Position numbers and translations under genes: made by a program
Notes under the pieces: model-generated
Told to the model about the DNA's origin: nothing
The model's input: only the letters and a program-made list of their open reading frames with translations
The model's database searches: none
Source of the DNA: a virus
Taxonomy: Duplodnaviria > Caudoviricetes
Reading direction: 5' to 3' (one strand)
DNA length: 64,000 bases
Virus record (IMG/VR): IMGVR_UViG_3300042924_003217
Coordinates: 2,073-66,072 of that record
Shown: positions 36,779-49,663 of the stretch, in pieces
Numbering within the stretch: the first letter of the stretch is position 1
Layout of the letters: each line of letters opens with the position of its first letter

Positions 36779-37477
36779 TTACATGTTGATCACGTAGCTC
36801 GGCACATTGAAGACCGTGAGCTGCGCACCAAGCAGGAAAGGACCGTCATCGGTCGTCTCGACGTAGATGTTCTGGCCCTGTGCAACCGTGGCGATGAACT
36901 GGTGGCTGTAGCTCTCGACCTCACCGTAGTTGAAACCGGATCCGCCATTCTTGATGCGTGCCCAGTTCCACTTCGCCATGTAACCCGTACTGGCGTTGGC
37001 CTCGATTTGACTGATCCACAGCCAGCCATTGCGCTGGTTCTGACCAGACGGATTGCCGTTCCAGCCGATTTGAGTCTCAAGGTGGAAGAGGTACTGACCG
37101 CTCGCGAAAGGCACATTGCCAAGGTTGATGGTAGCGCGAGCGTTGTTGTACGCCGAAAGTTCCGAAGAGTATGGATAGATCGGCTCCCAGATCTTGCCCG
37201 TGAAAATGGCCACAGGAGCACTTGATCCGGCGGGACCGGTCATACCAGTTGCTCCAGTGTCGCCCTTGAGGCCAATCGGACCCTGCGGACCCGTGGGACC
37301 AATCGGGCCAGTGGGGCCGGATGGACCGCGAATGCCGGTCTGGCCTGTGGCACCAGTTGGGCCGGTTGGCCCCTGCGGTCCCGCAACAACTGTTGCTACA
37401 GGAACCGGAGGCTGGCACATCGAGTCAAACGGCTGCAAGCAGCCCGTAGCTCCGTAGTAATTTTGGTTGCAGGACAT
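36779..37477 (-). CDS. Short collagen-like protein
   Basis: Cys-containing N-terminus, Gly-X-Y tract, C-terminal beta domain. Confidence 0.85.
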   Translation of the reverse strand: MSCNQNYYGATGCLQPFDSMCQPPVPVATVVAGPQGPTGPTGATGQTGIRGPSGPTGPIGPTGPQGPIGLKGDTGATGMTGPAGSSAPVAIFTGKIWEPIYPYSSELSAYNNARATINLGNVPFASGQYLFHLETQIGWNGNPSGQNQRNGWLWISQIEANASTGYMAKWNWARIKNGGSGFNYGEVESYSHQFIATVAQGQNIYVETTDDGPFLLGAQLTVFNVPSYVINM

Positions 37478-37513
37478 AGGATCAGTTTAGCAGTTGAAGG
37501 TGAGGTGGAGCAA

Positions 37514-39967
<2,454 letters not shown>

Positions 39968-40016
39968 TTGTTTACCGGATGACTGTAGCTACTGCCAATT
40001 GCTGATGGCTAGCCAA

Positions 40017-40904
40017 TTACGGCTCCTGAATCCAATAGGCCACGATGTTGCTTTCCGTCGTGCCGTAGGAGTAAATCGTCAGGATTGCGGTCTTAAATGC
40101 GCCCATGCTGCCCGGAGCGCCAAAGCCGAGCCAAACCCAAGGCCCCGGCCAGCTAAGCGCACGGTTGCTGGCATCGCACACCACGCGCAGGTACAAAACC
40201 TGACCAGCCGTGATGTTGGTCATCTCGATGTAGGCGTCGTCCGAGATGTTCAAAGTTTGCATGGAACCAGCGGACATGTCCACGCTGCTGATCGGGAAGC
40301 CCCAAGTAGCGCCGGTAGGTGTGCTGATAAACCGCTTTGAGCCAACGGAATTGGCTGCGCGGAAATCCGGTTGGATGCTGATCGTGTTAACGCCAAGAAT
40401 GTTGAGGGCAGTAACGCCGTTTGCTGTGCCTACAATGGTCGTTCCCGGTCCAGTGGCACCCGTAGCACCCTGTGCGCCTGTCGGCCCCGTAGGGCCGCCC
40501 GCAGGGCCAGTTGGACCCTGAACGCCAGTCGGGCCTTGAATGCCGGTGGCGCCAATAGGGCCTTGATCGCCTGTGGGACCTGTAGGACCTACAATGCCAG
40601 TAGCCCCTGTGGGGCCGTGTGGTCCGCTTGCGCCGACGGATCCTGTTGCGCCGGGAGCCCCCTGAATGCCTTGAATGCCGCTCGCGCCTGTTGCGCCAAC
40701 TCCGGTAGCCCCGGCAGGGCCGGTCGGGCCAGTCGGACCAACAATGCCTGTCGCTCCCGTAGGGCCAGTCTGTCCAGTAGGCCCACCACCCGGACCCGTG
40801 GGGCCAACCGGTCCCGTCGCCCCGGTCATGCCCTCAACCCCCTTGAAAAGGTACGCAACGGTCGGGGGGATCATGCAACTGTTAGTGCTCGACATGCATG
40901 CCAT
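40017..40904 (-). CDS. Collagen-like protein
   Basis: Cys-containing N-terminus, GPT/GAT tract, C-terminal beta domain. Confidence 0.85.
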   Translation of the reverse strand: MACMSSTNSCMIPPTVAYLFKGVEGMTGATGPVGPTGPGGGPTGQTGPTGATGIVGPTGPTGPAGATGVGATGASGIQGIQGAPGATGSVGASGPHGPTGATGIVGPTGPTGDQGPIGATGIQGPTGVQGPTGPAGGPTGPTGAQGATGATGPGTTIVGTANGVTALNILGVNTISIQPDFRAANSVGSKRFISTPTGATWGFPISSVDMSAGSMQTLNISDDAYIEMTNITAGQVLYLRVVCDASNRALSWPGPWVWLGFGAPGSMGAFKTAILTIYSYGTTESNIVAYWIQEP

Positions 40905-40946
40905 GATAGACTTTACCGAAGGCTGACGCAACTCTATTACTTACAG

Positions 40947-41810
40947 ATGAAAGCAGAACTCTTCCTGATCAGCTACGAACCCGATTACCAGTTTGCGGAA
41001 TACTGCCTGAAGTCGGTCCATAAGTTCGGTAGCGGGTTTGCTGGCATAACCATCGTTGTGCCAACGCAGGATGAGCACAAATTCAAGTATCTGGCACAAA
41101 AGTATGATGCTACCCTGAGGTCGTACTACGTTGCTGCTGGTAAGGGGTTTCTGCATCACGAAGTCTGCAAGTGCGAAGCGGACCTTTGGATTCCGAAAGA
41201 CCGGGATCTGGTTGTTCACATCGACTCCGACTGCATCTTTCAGCACAAGTTTTCCCTCGATACGTTCATGCATGAGGGGAAGCCGATTCTGTTGCGCGAA
41301 CATTTTGAGGACTTCCGGCACTATGACCATCGGTACTCATGGAAGTCGTGCGTAGATCGTGCGCTGGGTTGCGACATGGGGTGGGAAACGATGGTGCGCC
41401 ATCCGTCCGTGTTTCATGTCGATCTGTACCCGCGCATGCGCAGCCACATCGAGCAGCGCCACCGGATGCCGTTCACGCAGTACGTCCTCCTGCAACGCGA
41501 AGAGTTCCCGCAGACGTTCACTGAGTTCCCGACGTTGGGCGCGTACTCGCTCATCAATGATGCGGATCGTTATCAGATCGTGACCCGTGTCGTTACGCCG
41601 GGACCGTACTGGGAGGATCCGCGTTGGGGCGTAAAGCCGATGCAGCGTCAGGCCAACGGACAGCCTGTAGGCACGTTCGACCCGATTCACATCTGGCACC
41701 ACGGTGAGGCATTCACCGTGGCGCCCCTTGACTATCCGATTCACTATTTCTGGTCGCGCCGTGGGGTCACGCCAGAAATTCGTGCGAAGATTGAGCAGAT
41801 TCTTGCCTAA
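40947..41810 (+). CDS. Putative GT-A fold glycosyltransferase
   Basis: ELFLISY N-terminal strand, K..AD, HIDSD DxD motif, TEF..LG. Confidence 0.7.
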   Translation: MKAELFLISYEPDYQFAEYCLKSVHKFGSGFAGITIVVPTQDEHKFKYLAQKYDATLRSYYVAAGKGFLHHEVCKCEADLWIPKDRDLVVHIDSDCIFQHKFSLDTFMHEGKPILLREHFEDFRHYDHRYSWKSCVDRALGCDMGWETMVRHPSVFHVDLYPRMRSHIEQRHRMPFTQYVLLQREEFPQTFTEFPTLGAYSLINDADRYQIVTRVVTPGPYWEDPRWGVKPMQRQANGQPVGTFDPIHIWHHGEAFTVAPLDYPIHYFWSRRGVTPEIRAKIEQILA

Positions 41811-43207
41811 GGCTTTAGCGTCTTCAGGTGCTGCTCAATGATGGACGGCTTGTGCGGGTTAGCGGATACCGTCTTGCACGCAGCCAGAGAGAAGTGAACC
41901 AGTTTTGATTCAGGCCAACGTTGGGTGTTCCAATTAACGCAACGCTGTTCTTTCTTCAGCCAAAACGGTGAGTCCTCTTTTGCGAGGATGTCGGCATCCG
42001 TTGGCACAGTCTGCGCATTCGCGTAGTCGAAGTTCTCGATAACTTCCGAGAAGCAGCGGAGCCCCTGACGATCAGCGGACACCGCAGCCATGCCTTTCGC
42101 CTCAAGGGCAATCACGCCATCCGGCGTTGGTACGTCGTCACTCGTAAAGGACTGACCGGGAAGCACGTCGTACTCAAGGTACAGTCCCCCGCCAACGTTT
42201 TCCAAAGCCAGCCAACGGTAAATGCTGGCCAGTTCCTTCTTGCGCGAGTGCGTGCCCTTTAGCGTTGCCAGCTTCGGCTTGATCTTGGCGTACACGGGAT
42301 TCTTGCTCGCGTCCCACTCAGTCAGGACAATCGGATTGTAGCCGTAGGCGCTCCAAACGTGCTTCCAAACGTCAATCTGACGCTTTTGCTCTTCCTGATT
42401 GTACTCCGCGCAAATGTCGAAGTACGTGAACACGGTCTTCAGTCGGATCGGAACGCCATTGGAGCCACCACCGCAGTACTTGTTGCGGACATGGATGAAA
42501 GCCGAGGAGTCTTTCACGCCATGTAGAAGATACGGACGCTTGCCGTGCTTGTTGATCAGATCAAGGTCTTCAGCACTGATCGTCTTGCGATTGAAATCCA
42601 AGAGGATGTTCGTGGTGTCGATTGAGATCGGCAGCACACGCTCGGCGTGGTGAACGTCGTAGGCGATGTTGGCGGGACCACCGATGATGTTCATCGCACC
42701 AGCCTTGTGCCAGAAATCCGTGGAGTAGATCGCAACGCCGTTCAAGTGGACCTTGACCGGATCCTGACAAACATGCCCAGCAGCCGATTTACCGCTGTTC
42801 CATGCCTCTTCGTAGGACTCGATCATCTTGTCGATCCATTCGGGCGCTAATGGGCAGCAATCAGCCTCCAAATTGAGGAATGCGTAGTACTCAAGCTGCC
42901 AGTCCCGGTTGCCGAGCCGCTCAAGGATGTCGTAAAACATCTCGTTAGGCCCAAACGGATAGCCAACCGCGTTCATGCGGCGGCACTTGAACTCCAGTAC
43001 CTTGGAGAACTTGCTGAGCAGCTTGTCCTTGACCAGATTGGGCATCTGCTCGGCGTCAAAACGCCGATGGAACGCGATGTCCGCTTTCTCGTTGGTCCCC
43101 GGCTCAAGGTCAGCGATCAACTCGCCAAGCTTTCTGGCCATGTCCCGGTCACCAGAGTAGTAATTGATGACGATCAGGAGCTTCCGCTTCTTTTTTTGAT
43201 CAAACAT
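41807..43207 (-). CDS. Putative two-domain glycosyltransferase-like protein
   Basis: N-domain LNLEADC.P and NGVAIY; C-domain W...W...GY.P, RWLAL...GGGLYLEYDV (GT32/DxD-like). Confidence 0.6.
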   Translation of the reverse strand: MFDQKKKRKLLIVINYYSGDRDMARKLGELIADLEPGTNEKADIAFHRRFDAEQMPNLVKDKLLSKFSKVLEFKCRRMNAVGYPFGPNEMFYDILERLGNRDWQLEYYAFLNLEADCCPLAPEWIDKMIESYEEAWNSGKSAAGHVCQDPVKVHLNGVAIYSTDFWHKAGAMNIIGGPANIAYDVHHAERVLPISIDTTNILLDFNRKTISAEDLDLINKHGKRPYLLHGVKDSSAFIHVRNKYCGGGSNGVPIRLKTVFTYFDICAEYNQEEQKRQIDVWKHVWSAYGYNPIVLTEWDASKNPVYAKIKPKLATLKGTHSRKKELASIYRWLALENVGGGLYLEYDVLPGQSFTSDDVPTPDGVIALEAKGMAAVSADRQGLRCFSEVIENFDYANAQTVPTDADILAKEDSPFWLKKEQRCVNWNTQRWPESKLVHFSLAACKTVSANPHKPSIIEQHLKTLKP

Positions 43208-44165
43208 TGCTGTACTGAGGCTGAAAACCTCGTTTTTGGGTGGTGTTGTGGTAGCAGTACGCAGCTTCGCCAACGTGGAGCGGCATCACAGCGTAATCGA
43301 CGTAGGTTTGGTGACCCGCTTTCTTTGCGCGGATGCAGAACGAGGCGTCCTCCGAGTATTCCTCAGTGATGTGGTTAAAAAACCGGTACTTGTAGCCGAA
43401 TTTTGCCACAAATGCCTGATCGTTCACCTCGATTTCAGGCTGCGTCTTGATGATGTCCTCAAAGACGCTGCGGTGAACAAGCACGCAGCCAAATCCAACC
43501 CACCCAACAGGGTCCACGCTGTTGCGCGGGCCGTTATGGGCAGCGTCATTGACCATTTGCGAGCTATACGCCTCCTGAAACTGAGCAACTCCGGTCGGGT
43601 TTCGGCCAAAATAGCAACCACCAACCAGCGTTCGCTTGGTCTGGATGAGACGCGCAATCGGGTTGATGTTGATGTAGGCCGAAGGAAAGTTCGGATTGGC
43701 TGCAACCTTGCGGTAGTAATCAACGTCTCCATGCGGCAGGATCGTGTCGTCATCCAGCCAGAAAGAGTACTCGCAGTTGCTGTCCAAAAACCGCTGTGCG
43801 CAGGCGTTTCGGGAGCGAACGATAGACGTGTCGCTCAGGGTGAAGAACTGCATCTTGTCGCGCTCGTACAGCGTAGCGAACGCTTTCACGACACCGGGAT
43901 GCACGGAACGGTTCGTGGGCATCAGCACGCACACACGCTGACCGCTGGGGATCTCGTATGGTGCCAAGACCTCTACCGTATCGGCAGCAACGTCAAAGCA
44001 CTCCGGTGAGTTGTCGATCATGAACTGAACGTCCGCTACGGTCGGGTTCTTGCCCGATGCCCATAGCGCAACGTAGTTCGCGGTCTTGCCCAGTTGAGTG
44101 GCGACCTCTTCAGTACCGTACTTCTGTAGGTACTTGTCGATGCCAGCCCGTAAGTTGAGGCCCAT
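43200..44165 (-). CDS. HTH-fused GT2-like glycosyltransferase
   Basis: N-terminal EVATQLGKTANYVALWASG HTH; RSRN, WLDDD, GFGCVL, SED..FC motifs. Confidence 0.85.
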   Translation of the reverse strand: MGLNLRAGIDKYLQKYGTEEVATQLGKTANYVALWASGKNPTVADVQFMIDNSPECFDVAADTVEVLAPYEIPSGQRVCVLMPTNRSVHPGVVKAFATLYERDKMQFFTLSDTSIVRSRNACAQRFLDSNCEYSFWLDDDTILPHGDVDYYRKVAANPNFPSAYININPIARLIQTKRTLVGGCYFGRNPTGVAQFQEAYSSQMVNDAAHNGPRNSVDPVGWVGFGCVLVHRSVFEDIIKTQPEIEVNDQAFVAKFGYKYRFFNHITEEYSEDASFCIRAKKAGHQTYVDYAVMPLHVGEAAYCYHNTTQKRGFQPQYSNV

Positions 44166-45595
44166 TAGGATTCGCGGTTAGTGATTTCCGACGCGAGGCT
44201 GTCAACGATGTCGTCAAAACCCTGATCGAAATTGACGTTGCTCTTCGGCGTGGCACGCGGAGCGGTTGTTCCGATGCTCTTAGCGGCAGAACCGGACTGC
44301 TTCATCTTGCCGACTTGCGAGCGCAGGGCTTCAATTTCCTTGCGAGCCTCAGCAAGCTGGTTCTGCAACTGCGGCGTTACGTGGTCGCGATACAGAATGC
44401 CTACGCGAGCAGCAATCTGAGCATTCAGCGGATCAGTCGTCTCGTTCTTGATCGTCTCTGCAAACTTGAGAGACGCGTCATTGTAGCGGTTGATCGCCTC
44501 TTCCTTCTGCTTGCGGATCGCAGGAGCATCCGAATCCATGATGTCCGAAGGCTTTTTCAGGAAGTCCCACTTACCGAGGTGCGTTTCGAATTCCTTATTG
44601 AGCCGCGAAGTGGCTTCCTCGATGGATTTTTGCTGCTGTCCCTGCGTCTGCTTCGTGCGCTCCTCGTAGTTGGTGCGCCACTCGTCAATTTCTCGCGTCT
44701 TGTCCTTCGACAAGCGCAGGTTTTCCCGCAGCGTTTCGCGGATTGCCTCAGCCGTATCGGGATCGGCATCGTACTGATTGCCGTCAGCGCCTTTTCCTGA
44801 CTCCAACGTATCGAGATACGGCTTCAAGTTCGCAAGCGTGATGCCGCTCTTCTTGAGCTTCTCAGCGTGCTCCTTGGGGAGCCCTGCATCCGTCAGCGTC
44901 TTGATGATGTTCTCGTTGTTCTTGGTGATCGTCTTGTCGTACTTCTCGACAATCGCGGGATCCGCGTTTGCGTCGAGCGAACGAAGGCGATCACGTAACT
45001 GCTGAAGCTCCTCGTTAACGGTGGCAGGAGCCGCATCCTTGGCTTTCTTGATCTCCTCTAATTGCTTGCGCGTGTCTTCAAGCTCCTTTGAGATTCGCTC
45101 ACGCTCAGTCCGCTCCTTCGATGCGAGCGCCTTTACCTCATTGAAGAGCTTCTTGGTCTTGGGGGACGTATGCTGACCCAACTTAGACTCAATCGCCTCC
45201 AACTCCTTGTTGGCTTCCTCTGTCTTTTGCTCGGTCTTGGCCTCTTCAGGAGCAACCTCTTCCTTTTTGGGCTCGCTTTCCTTTGCGGCTCCCTCTGCCT
45301 TGGCCTCAGGGGCCTCCGCTGGCGTTTCCTCGGCAATCTCTTCCTGCTTTGGCTCCTCTTCCGTGGCGGCTTCCTTGGCAGGCGGATCGTTGCTTACAAC
45401 GTCCTCTGCCTTCTGCTCGGTCAAATTCGCAAACGCCCCATCGATAATGTTGTCAAAATCAATCGGGCTAAACGGTTCGTTTGACTGACGCTGACCAACG
45501 CCAAGTTCCTCAGGCGAGGCGGGCGTGTTCGGATCTACAACAGGCTGCTCCTCATTCGCAACGTTCTGATTATCCATAATTGATGGGCTCATCAA
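44165..45595 (-). CDS. Probable capsid scaffolding protein
   Basis: Acidic disordered N-terminus, long coiled coils, downstream of portal. Confidence 0.7.
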   Translation of the reverse strand: MMSPSIMDNQNVANEEQPVVDPNTPASPEELGVGQRQSNEPFSPIDFDNIIDGAFANLTEQKAEDVVSNDPPAKEAATEEEPKQEEIAEETPAEAPEAKAEGAAKESEPKKEEVAPEEAKTEQKTEEANKELEAIESKLGQHTSPKTKKLFNEVKALASKERTERERISKELEDTRKQLEEIKKAKDAAPATVNEELQQLRDRLRSLDANADPAIVEKYDKTITKNNENIIKTLTDAGLPKEHAEKLKKSGITLANLKPYLDTLESGKGADGNQYDADPDTAEAIRETLRENLRLSKDKTREIDEWRTNYEERTKQTQGQQQKSIEEATSRLNKEFETHLGKWDFLKKPSDIMDSDAPAIRKQKEEAINRYNDASLKFAETIKNETTDPLNAQIAARVGILYRDHVTPQLQNQLAEARKEIEALRSQVGKMKQSGSAAKSIGTTAPRATPKSNVNFDQGFDDIVDSLASEITNRES

Positions 45596-45627
45596 TCATG
45601 GCATCAAATGCAAGCGTCAAGCACAAA

Positions 45628-45897
45628 TTAGTCGCGAGGGTCGAGCAGTATTCGGTCATATTCGTTTACAGCAGCAGGCGCAACCTCATGCGGCAGAGCA
45701 AGAATGGTGCTGATCGCCAATTCGTAGCCTTCACGCATCTTGGCCTGTAAGGCGACTACGTGTAGGTCGTTTGTGCTGTTCGCGTACTCAGGAATGCGGG
45801 CTTTGGCTACCTCAATGAGGTGCTTAAAAACCGCGCCCTCCATCATCTTCAAAGCATCTGCCTTGAAGCCGTCTTGGAAGATTGCGTTATCGCTCAT
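45628..45897 (-). CDS. Small helical protein following portal
   Basis: ATGA overlap with portal; common podovirus position. Confidence 0.7.
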   Translation of the reverse strand: MSDNAIFQDGFKADALKMMEGAVFKHLIEVAKARIPEYANSTNDLHVVALQAKMREGYELAISTILALPHEVAPAAVNEYDRILLDPRD

Positions 45898-48329
45898 TCA
45901 ACTCCGGGTGGGCGATAGTACGCCCGCTTCTTGCGCTCTTCGATCTCCGGTGGCGCAAACTCACCAGCTTCGCGTGCAAGGGCAGTCTGGATCGCCTCAA
46001 CGTCAGGACCCTCCTGCTCAGTACCCATGTCAGGGGAAGTCGGAGGAGCGCCAACGCCTGCGCTGTACGGAGGCAGATTGGGGTTCTGCGTGTTAGTAGC
46101 AGCGGCAACCTGTTCCGGTGTAGCCCCCTGCTCAACCAATTCCGCAGCCATCTTCTGCTGTTCAGCAATCATCACAGCCTGCGCGAAGTCAGATTTGAAT
46201 TTCTTGTAGAAGTCGTTCATCTCCTTGAACTGCGGGTTCTGACTGGGGTTACCCTGAGCAAGGTAGTTGGCCAAGTGCTCCGCGAAGTGATTGAGCAGTA
46301 GCTCGGTCGGCTTCGCAAACATGTCGATAGTCGTGAGGTCACTAATGCCTTGACCCGCCTGAATGAGTAGCTGCATGCACACCTGCGCATGAGCCATGTG
46401 GTTGTCACGCGGTGATACCGGAACCGGCATCTTCAGCGTCATCATGGTCGTGGCCTCTTGCTGCTGCATGCGCGTAGCCTCGGCCATGATCGTCTGGTCA
46501 GGATTCTCGATGATGAGAGCCTTGGCAGCATCCGGACCAGCAAGAGCCTCGACGTTGCGCTTGGTAAGCTCCACCTGATCCACGTTCGGGTTGTTGGCGT
46601 ACATGCGCCCAACTGCAAGGATTCCCTGAGCAACGATAGCGTCGTCTGTGTGCGCGTAACCAGAGGTTGCGGCATCGCGGCAAATGCGAATCTCGCTCTC
46701 CGTGAGGCCATCCATGAACATCATGACCAACGTCCGCACCGGAAGGCGCGATTCGTCGGTCGTGTCCATCAGGTCCGTGATGGTCTTCATCACCTCGTTA
46801 CTGTCGGACCCCTGCGTCACAAACTGCTCGGTGATCTTGGTGAAAAGCTCTCGCGCTTCCTTGATGTGATCATCGGAGAACGCACGCTTCTGCATCGTCT
46901 GCACAAGCTGGGAGAATTGATCACGCCAGCGGGCCTCTGTGATGTCGGAGTTCTCGCGCTCGCGTTGCGCGTCCTGAGACGCCTCAGTTGCGGTTACGGG
47001 TTGACCAGAAGCGTTCGGATTGGCCGAGACGTAAGCGCCCGCAGCCTGCTCCATGTAGTTCACCATGCGCTGGTCGAGCGCGGCATACATCTCGCCATCA
47101 GCCGAGAACTTCTGCTGATCGACCTCAATCGACTTGTCGATCACCACGAACGGAGCATGAACGACAGGCTGTAGCTTGTTCCTGTTGGCGGAATCCGCCT
47201 TCAGGATCACAAGGGACGACATGTTGACGTTGTCCACCATGCGATTGCGGATGCGCTCCGCGATACGCACGTTGCCAATGATCATGCGCCCAATGCCCTT
47301 GGACGAGTGCAGGTGTCCGTTTCCGGGCTGGAAACTGAACAGCGTTACCACCTCGTCAAAGCTGTCGTAAATCTTCTCCGCAAAGCGCAACAGCTTGCCG
47401 TTGTCGCGCAGGAGGATCCAGAAGGACACCTTGCCGTCATACTCGCGATTCCAAAGCAAATACGTCTTCACGACGCGCGGACCAGAAACCGAGTACGTCA
47501 GACCAAGCACACCGTCACTGATGAATTCCGCAAACTTGCGGAACTCCGTAACCATCATGTCCTCGCGGGGATTTTTGATCTCCGAGGTGTTAGCCGCCAT
47601 GATGCAGTTCGGGATGTTGTAGCCCATCTCCTCGGCGGCTTTCTCGTCCTTGAACAGATCAATGAATTCGTGCAGGAGGAAGTCGTGCTTGATGACGTAG
47701 AACTGTAGCTCGTTCGCGTACTGCGATGATTCGTCGGGCACGTAGGAAACGTCCTGCTTGAACATGCGCGGCGTCCAAGTGTACGGATCAAGGAAAACAC
47801 CGTAGGCGTAACCGTGCAGCACGTTCTCGCGGGCGAGCGCGGGGATGAACGTCGAGTACTTCTTCCACGACTGGATCATCCGCGTCGTGTGAATGTCGAA
47901 CAGGTCGCTCTTCTTCTTCCAGTCCGGGTACGAAGTCGGAAGGGACGAGCGAGTCAGGTAAATCTGCGAAGTGATCGCATTGACGAACCGCAACGTCTTG
48001 CGGTCCACAATGCCAGCAAGGATGCCCGTGGAGGTGTTCGACTGCCAGCTATTCGCCTTCTCGATCTGGTCGGTTTGCGAGAACGGTGCCTGACCGGAGT
48101 ACTCCAACTCCATCATGGTGGCACGCTGGGAACGGGTCTTGTTGGCCGATTCCGTGGACTTACACAGGTTCCACGCTTGATCGGTAGTCCTGACCGACCT
48201 CGCCTCAAGGTTAAGCTCAGGCTTGCCGCCCTTCTCCTTCAGGGGCGGAGCCTCAATGGTCACAACACCGGAGACGTTCGGGTACTTACTGGCGGGAACT
48301 GTGGTATCTTGAGGAGCCGTCGATGCCAT
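45894..48329 (-). CDS. Probable portal protein
   Basis: 811 aa between terminase and scaffold; TATE motif, Gln-rich helical C-terminus. Confidence 0.75.
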   Translation of the reverse strand: MASTAPQDTTVPASKYPNVSGVVTIEAPPLKEKGGKPELNLEARSVRTTDQAWNLCKSTESANKTRSQRATMMELEYSGQAPFSQTDQIEKANSWQSNTSTGILAGIVDRKTLRFVNAITSQIYLTRSSLPTSYPDWKKKSDLFDIHTTRMIQSWKKYSTFIPALARENVLHGYAYGVFLDPYTWTPRMFKQDVSYVPDESSQYANELQFYVIKHDFLLHEFIDLFKDEKAAEEMGYNIPNCIMAANTSEIKNPREDMMVTEFRKFAEFISDGVLGLTYSVSGPRVVKTYLLWNREYDGKVSFWILLRDNGKLLRFAEKIYDSFDEVVTLFSFQPGNGHLHSSKGIGRMIIGNVRIAERIRNRMVDNVNMSSLVILKADSANRNKLQPVVHAPFVVIDKSIEVDQQKFSADGEMYAALDQRMVNYMEQAAGAYVSANPNASGQPVTATEASQDAQRERENSDITEARWRDQFSQLVQTMQKRAFSDDHIKEARELFTKITEQFVTQGSDSNEVMKTITDLMDTTDESRLPVRTLVMMFMDGLTESEIRICRDAATSGYAHTDDAIVAQGILAVGRMYANNPNVDQVELTKRNVEALAGPDAAKALIIENPDQTIMAEATRMQQQEATTMMTLKMPVPVSPRDNHMAHAQVCMQLLIQAGQGISDLTTIDMFAKPTELLLNHFAEHLANYLAQGNPSQNPQFKEMNDFYKKFKSDFAQAVMIAEQQKMAAELVEQGATPEQVAAATNTQNPNLPPYSAGVGAPPTSPDMGTEQEGPDVEAIQTALAREAGEFAPPEIEERKKRAYYRPPGVE

Positions 48330-48353
48330 AAGGCGTAATATATCAAATGTTTA

Positions 48354-48590
48354 TCAACTGCGCCACCTGCCCAATGGGCAACGTTCGCTTTTCAGCAAAG
48401 CCTTGACGGCAACATAGCAGGAGCACTGGTAGCACTGACCGTCACGGTATGACTCGCACGCATGGCATTCTGCAAGTCGTTGGTCTGTTTGCTCAGCCGA
48501 AAGGATGACATCTCGCCCCTGCAAACGCAGCTTTGCTGCGCGATACATGGCAGCAACAAAGCGAAACGGAGATGCCAGCGTCAGCCTCAC
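48354..48590 (-). CDS. Cys-rich protein (DUF6171-like)
   Basis: RLAEC..C...C..C.C....K......CP..RW. Confidence 0.8.
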   Translation of the reverse strand: MRLTLASPFRFVAAMYRAAKLRLQGRDVILSAEQTDQRLAECHACESYRDGQCYQCSCYVAVKALLKSERCPLGRWRS

Positions 48591-48904
48591 AGCGTGAAAT
48601 CTACGAGATACCGGAGTCCTTTCTCGCTCACCACGGCATAGTCGCCCTCCGAAACAATCAGCTTCTTGTCCAGCAACAGCTTGAGCGTTTCCGTGTCCAC
48701 CGCATCCCTGCGGCTGACTTTGGAAAAAACGGAGATGGCTTCAATGACCTTCGAAGCGTTGTTCTTTGGCTGAACTGGTTGCGCAACGGGCGCAGGCGCT
48801 TCGGGCACAGGAACCCCTGCGGCTTCAGGAATCGGAGGCAACTTACCGTCGCCAACAGGAATCGTCACGTTGATGTCAGAGAATCCCTGTCTGCGGGGTA
48901 TCAT
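48587..48904 (-). CDS. Hypothetical protein
   Basis: Start MIPRR; Pro-rich linker and winged-helix-like end. Confidence 0.6.
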   Translation of the reverse strand: MIPRRQGFSDINVTIPVGDGKLPPIPEAAGVPVPEAPAPVAQPVQPKNNASKVIEAISVFSKVSRRDAVDTETLKLLLDKKLIVSEGDYAVVSEKGLRYLVDFTL

Positions 48905-49199
48905 GGTATTTGATGTTGGCTTGGAAGATGTGCTTGGTGGGCGTCTGGATAATCGGGATCTTGCATTCCCACTCTCCCGCAATCGAGGACTCGCCCTCTT
49001 TGTTTTTGACGTAATGCACGACGTGCAGGATCGCCTTGCGCTCCTTGATTCCCGCCTCGTCAATGATCGGAAAGACGGCAAGGAGGTTCTCCTTGTCCTC
49101 CACGAACTTGTACGGACAAAGGCTGGCGATGTGATTCGCGTCAGCCTTGCTGTAGTTGAGTACCGGGATGCAGATCACCTCGGGTCGTTTGTCGCTCAT
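48876..49199 (-). CDS. Hypothetical protein
   Basis: ATGA overlap. Confidence 0.65.
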   Translation of the reverse strand: MSDKRPEVICIPVLNYSKADANHIASLCPYKFVEDKENLLAVFPIIDEAGIKERKAILHVVHYVKNKEGESSIAGEWECKIPIIQTPTKHIFQANIKYHDTPQTGIL

Positions 49200-49468
49200 A
49201 GAGTTTCAATCTTCATCTGCAAGCCACCCGTCTCCTCATTGAAGCGGTCCCAAGCTTTTTGAGCTTCGGGACCATGCGTGGACGGGTTGGGAAGCTCGTA
49301 ACGCTTCCCGTTTTTGTAGACGATCTTTACGTGGCCGGGATTGCGACTACGAGTCTTGAACGCCTCGTCATAGTTGGCGAGGAACTGCTCAGTCGTCTTG
49401 CTCTTTTCCCCTGCCCGCGACCATGAATCCTTCGTCTTGCCGAAAGGCTTTTGGTCGGGAATCTTCAC
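49196..49468 (-). CDS. Hypothetical protein
   Basis: GTGA overlap. Confidence 0.65.
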   Translation of the reverse strand: MKIPDQKPFGKTKDSWSRAGEKSKTTEQFLANYDEAFKTRSRNPGHVKIVYKNGKRYELPNPSTHGPEAQKAWDRFNEETGGLQMKIETL

Positions 49469-49659
49469 TTGTAGCTCGACAGGGACTTCTTGGACTTGCG
49501 CTTGAACGCGGGCGTGACCGGCTTGTTCTTGGCTTGGTCTTTACTGCCAACACGTTCCGGCAGGTTCTTCAAGCTAGTCGTGTCCTCGGCCATGTCCTCC
49601 GCAGTCTTGGGGGCTTGGGAGAACAGGTAACGCATCTGGGCTTTCGATTTGATGGGCAT
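49465..49659 (-). CDS. Conserved small basic phage protein
   Basis: MP.KSKAQ.RY.....P..A......T....LPE.V motif. Confidence 0.75.
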   Translation of the reverse strand: MPIKSKAQMRYLFSQAPKTAEDMAEDTTSLKNLPERVGSKDQAKNKPVTPAFKRKSKKSLSSYK

Positions 49660-49663
49660 GGTC

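Noticed and set aside
40371-40946. N-terminal extension of the 479-aa plus-strand ORF
   Set aside because: Antisense to a collagen gene; the plausible start is ATG at 40947.
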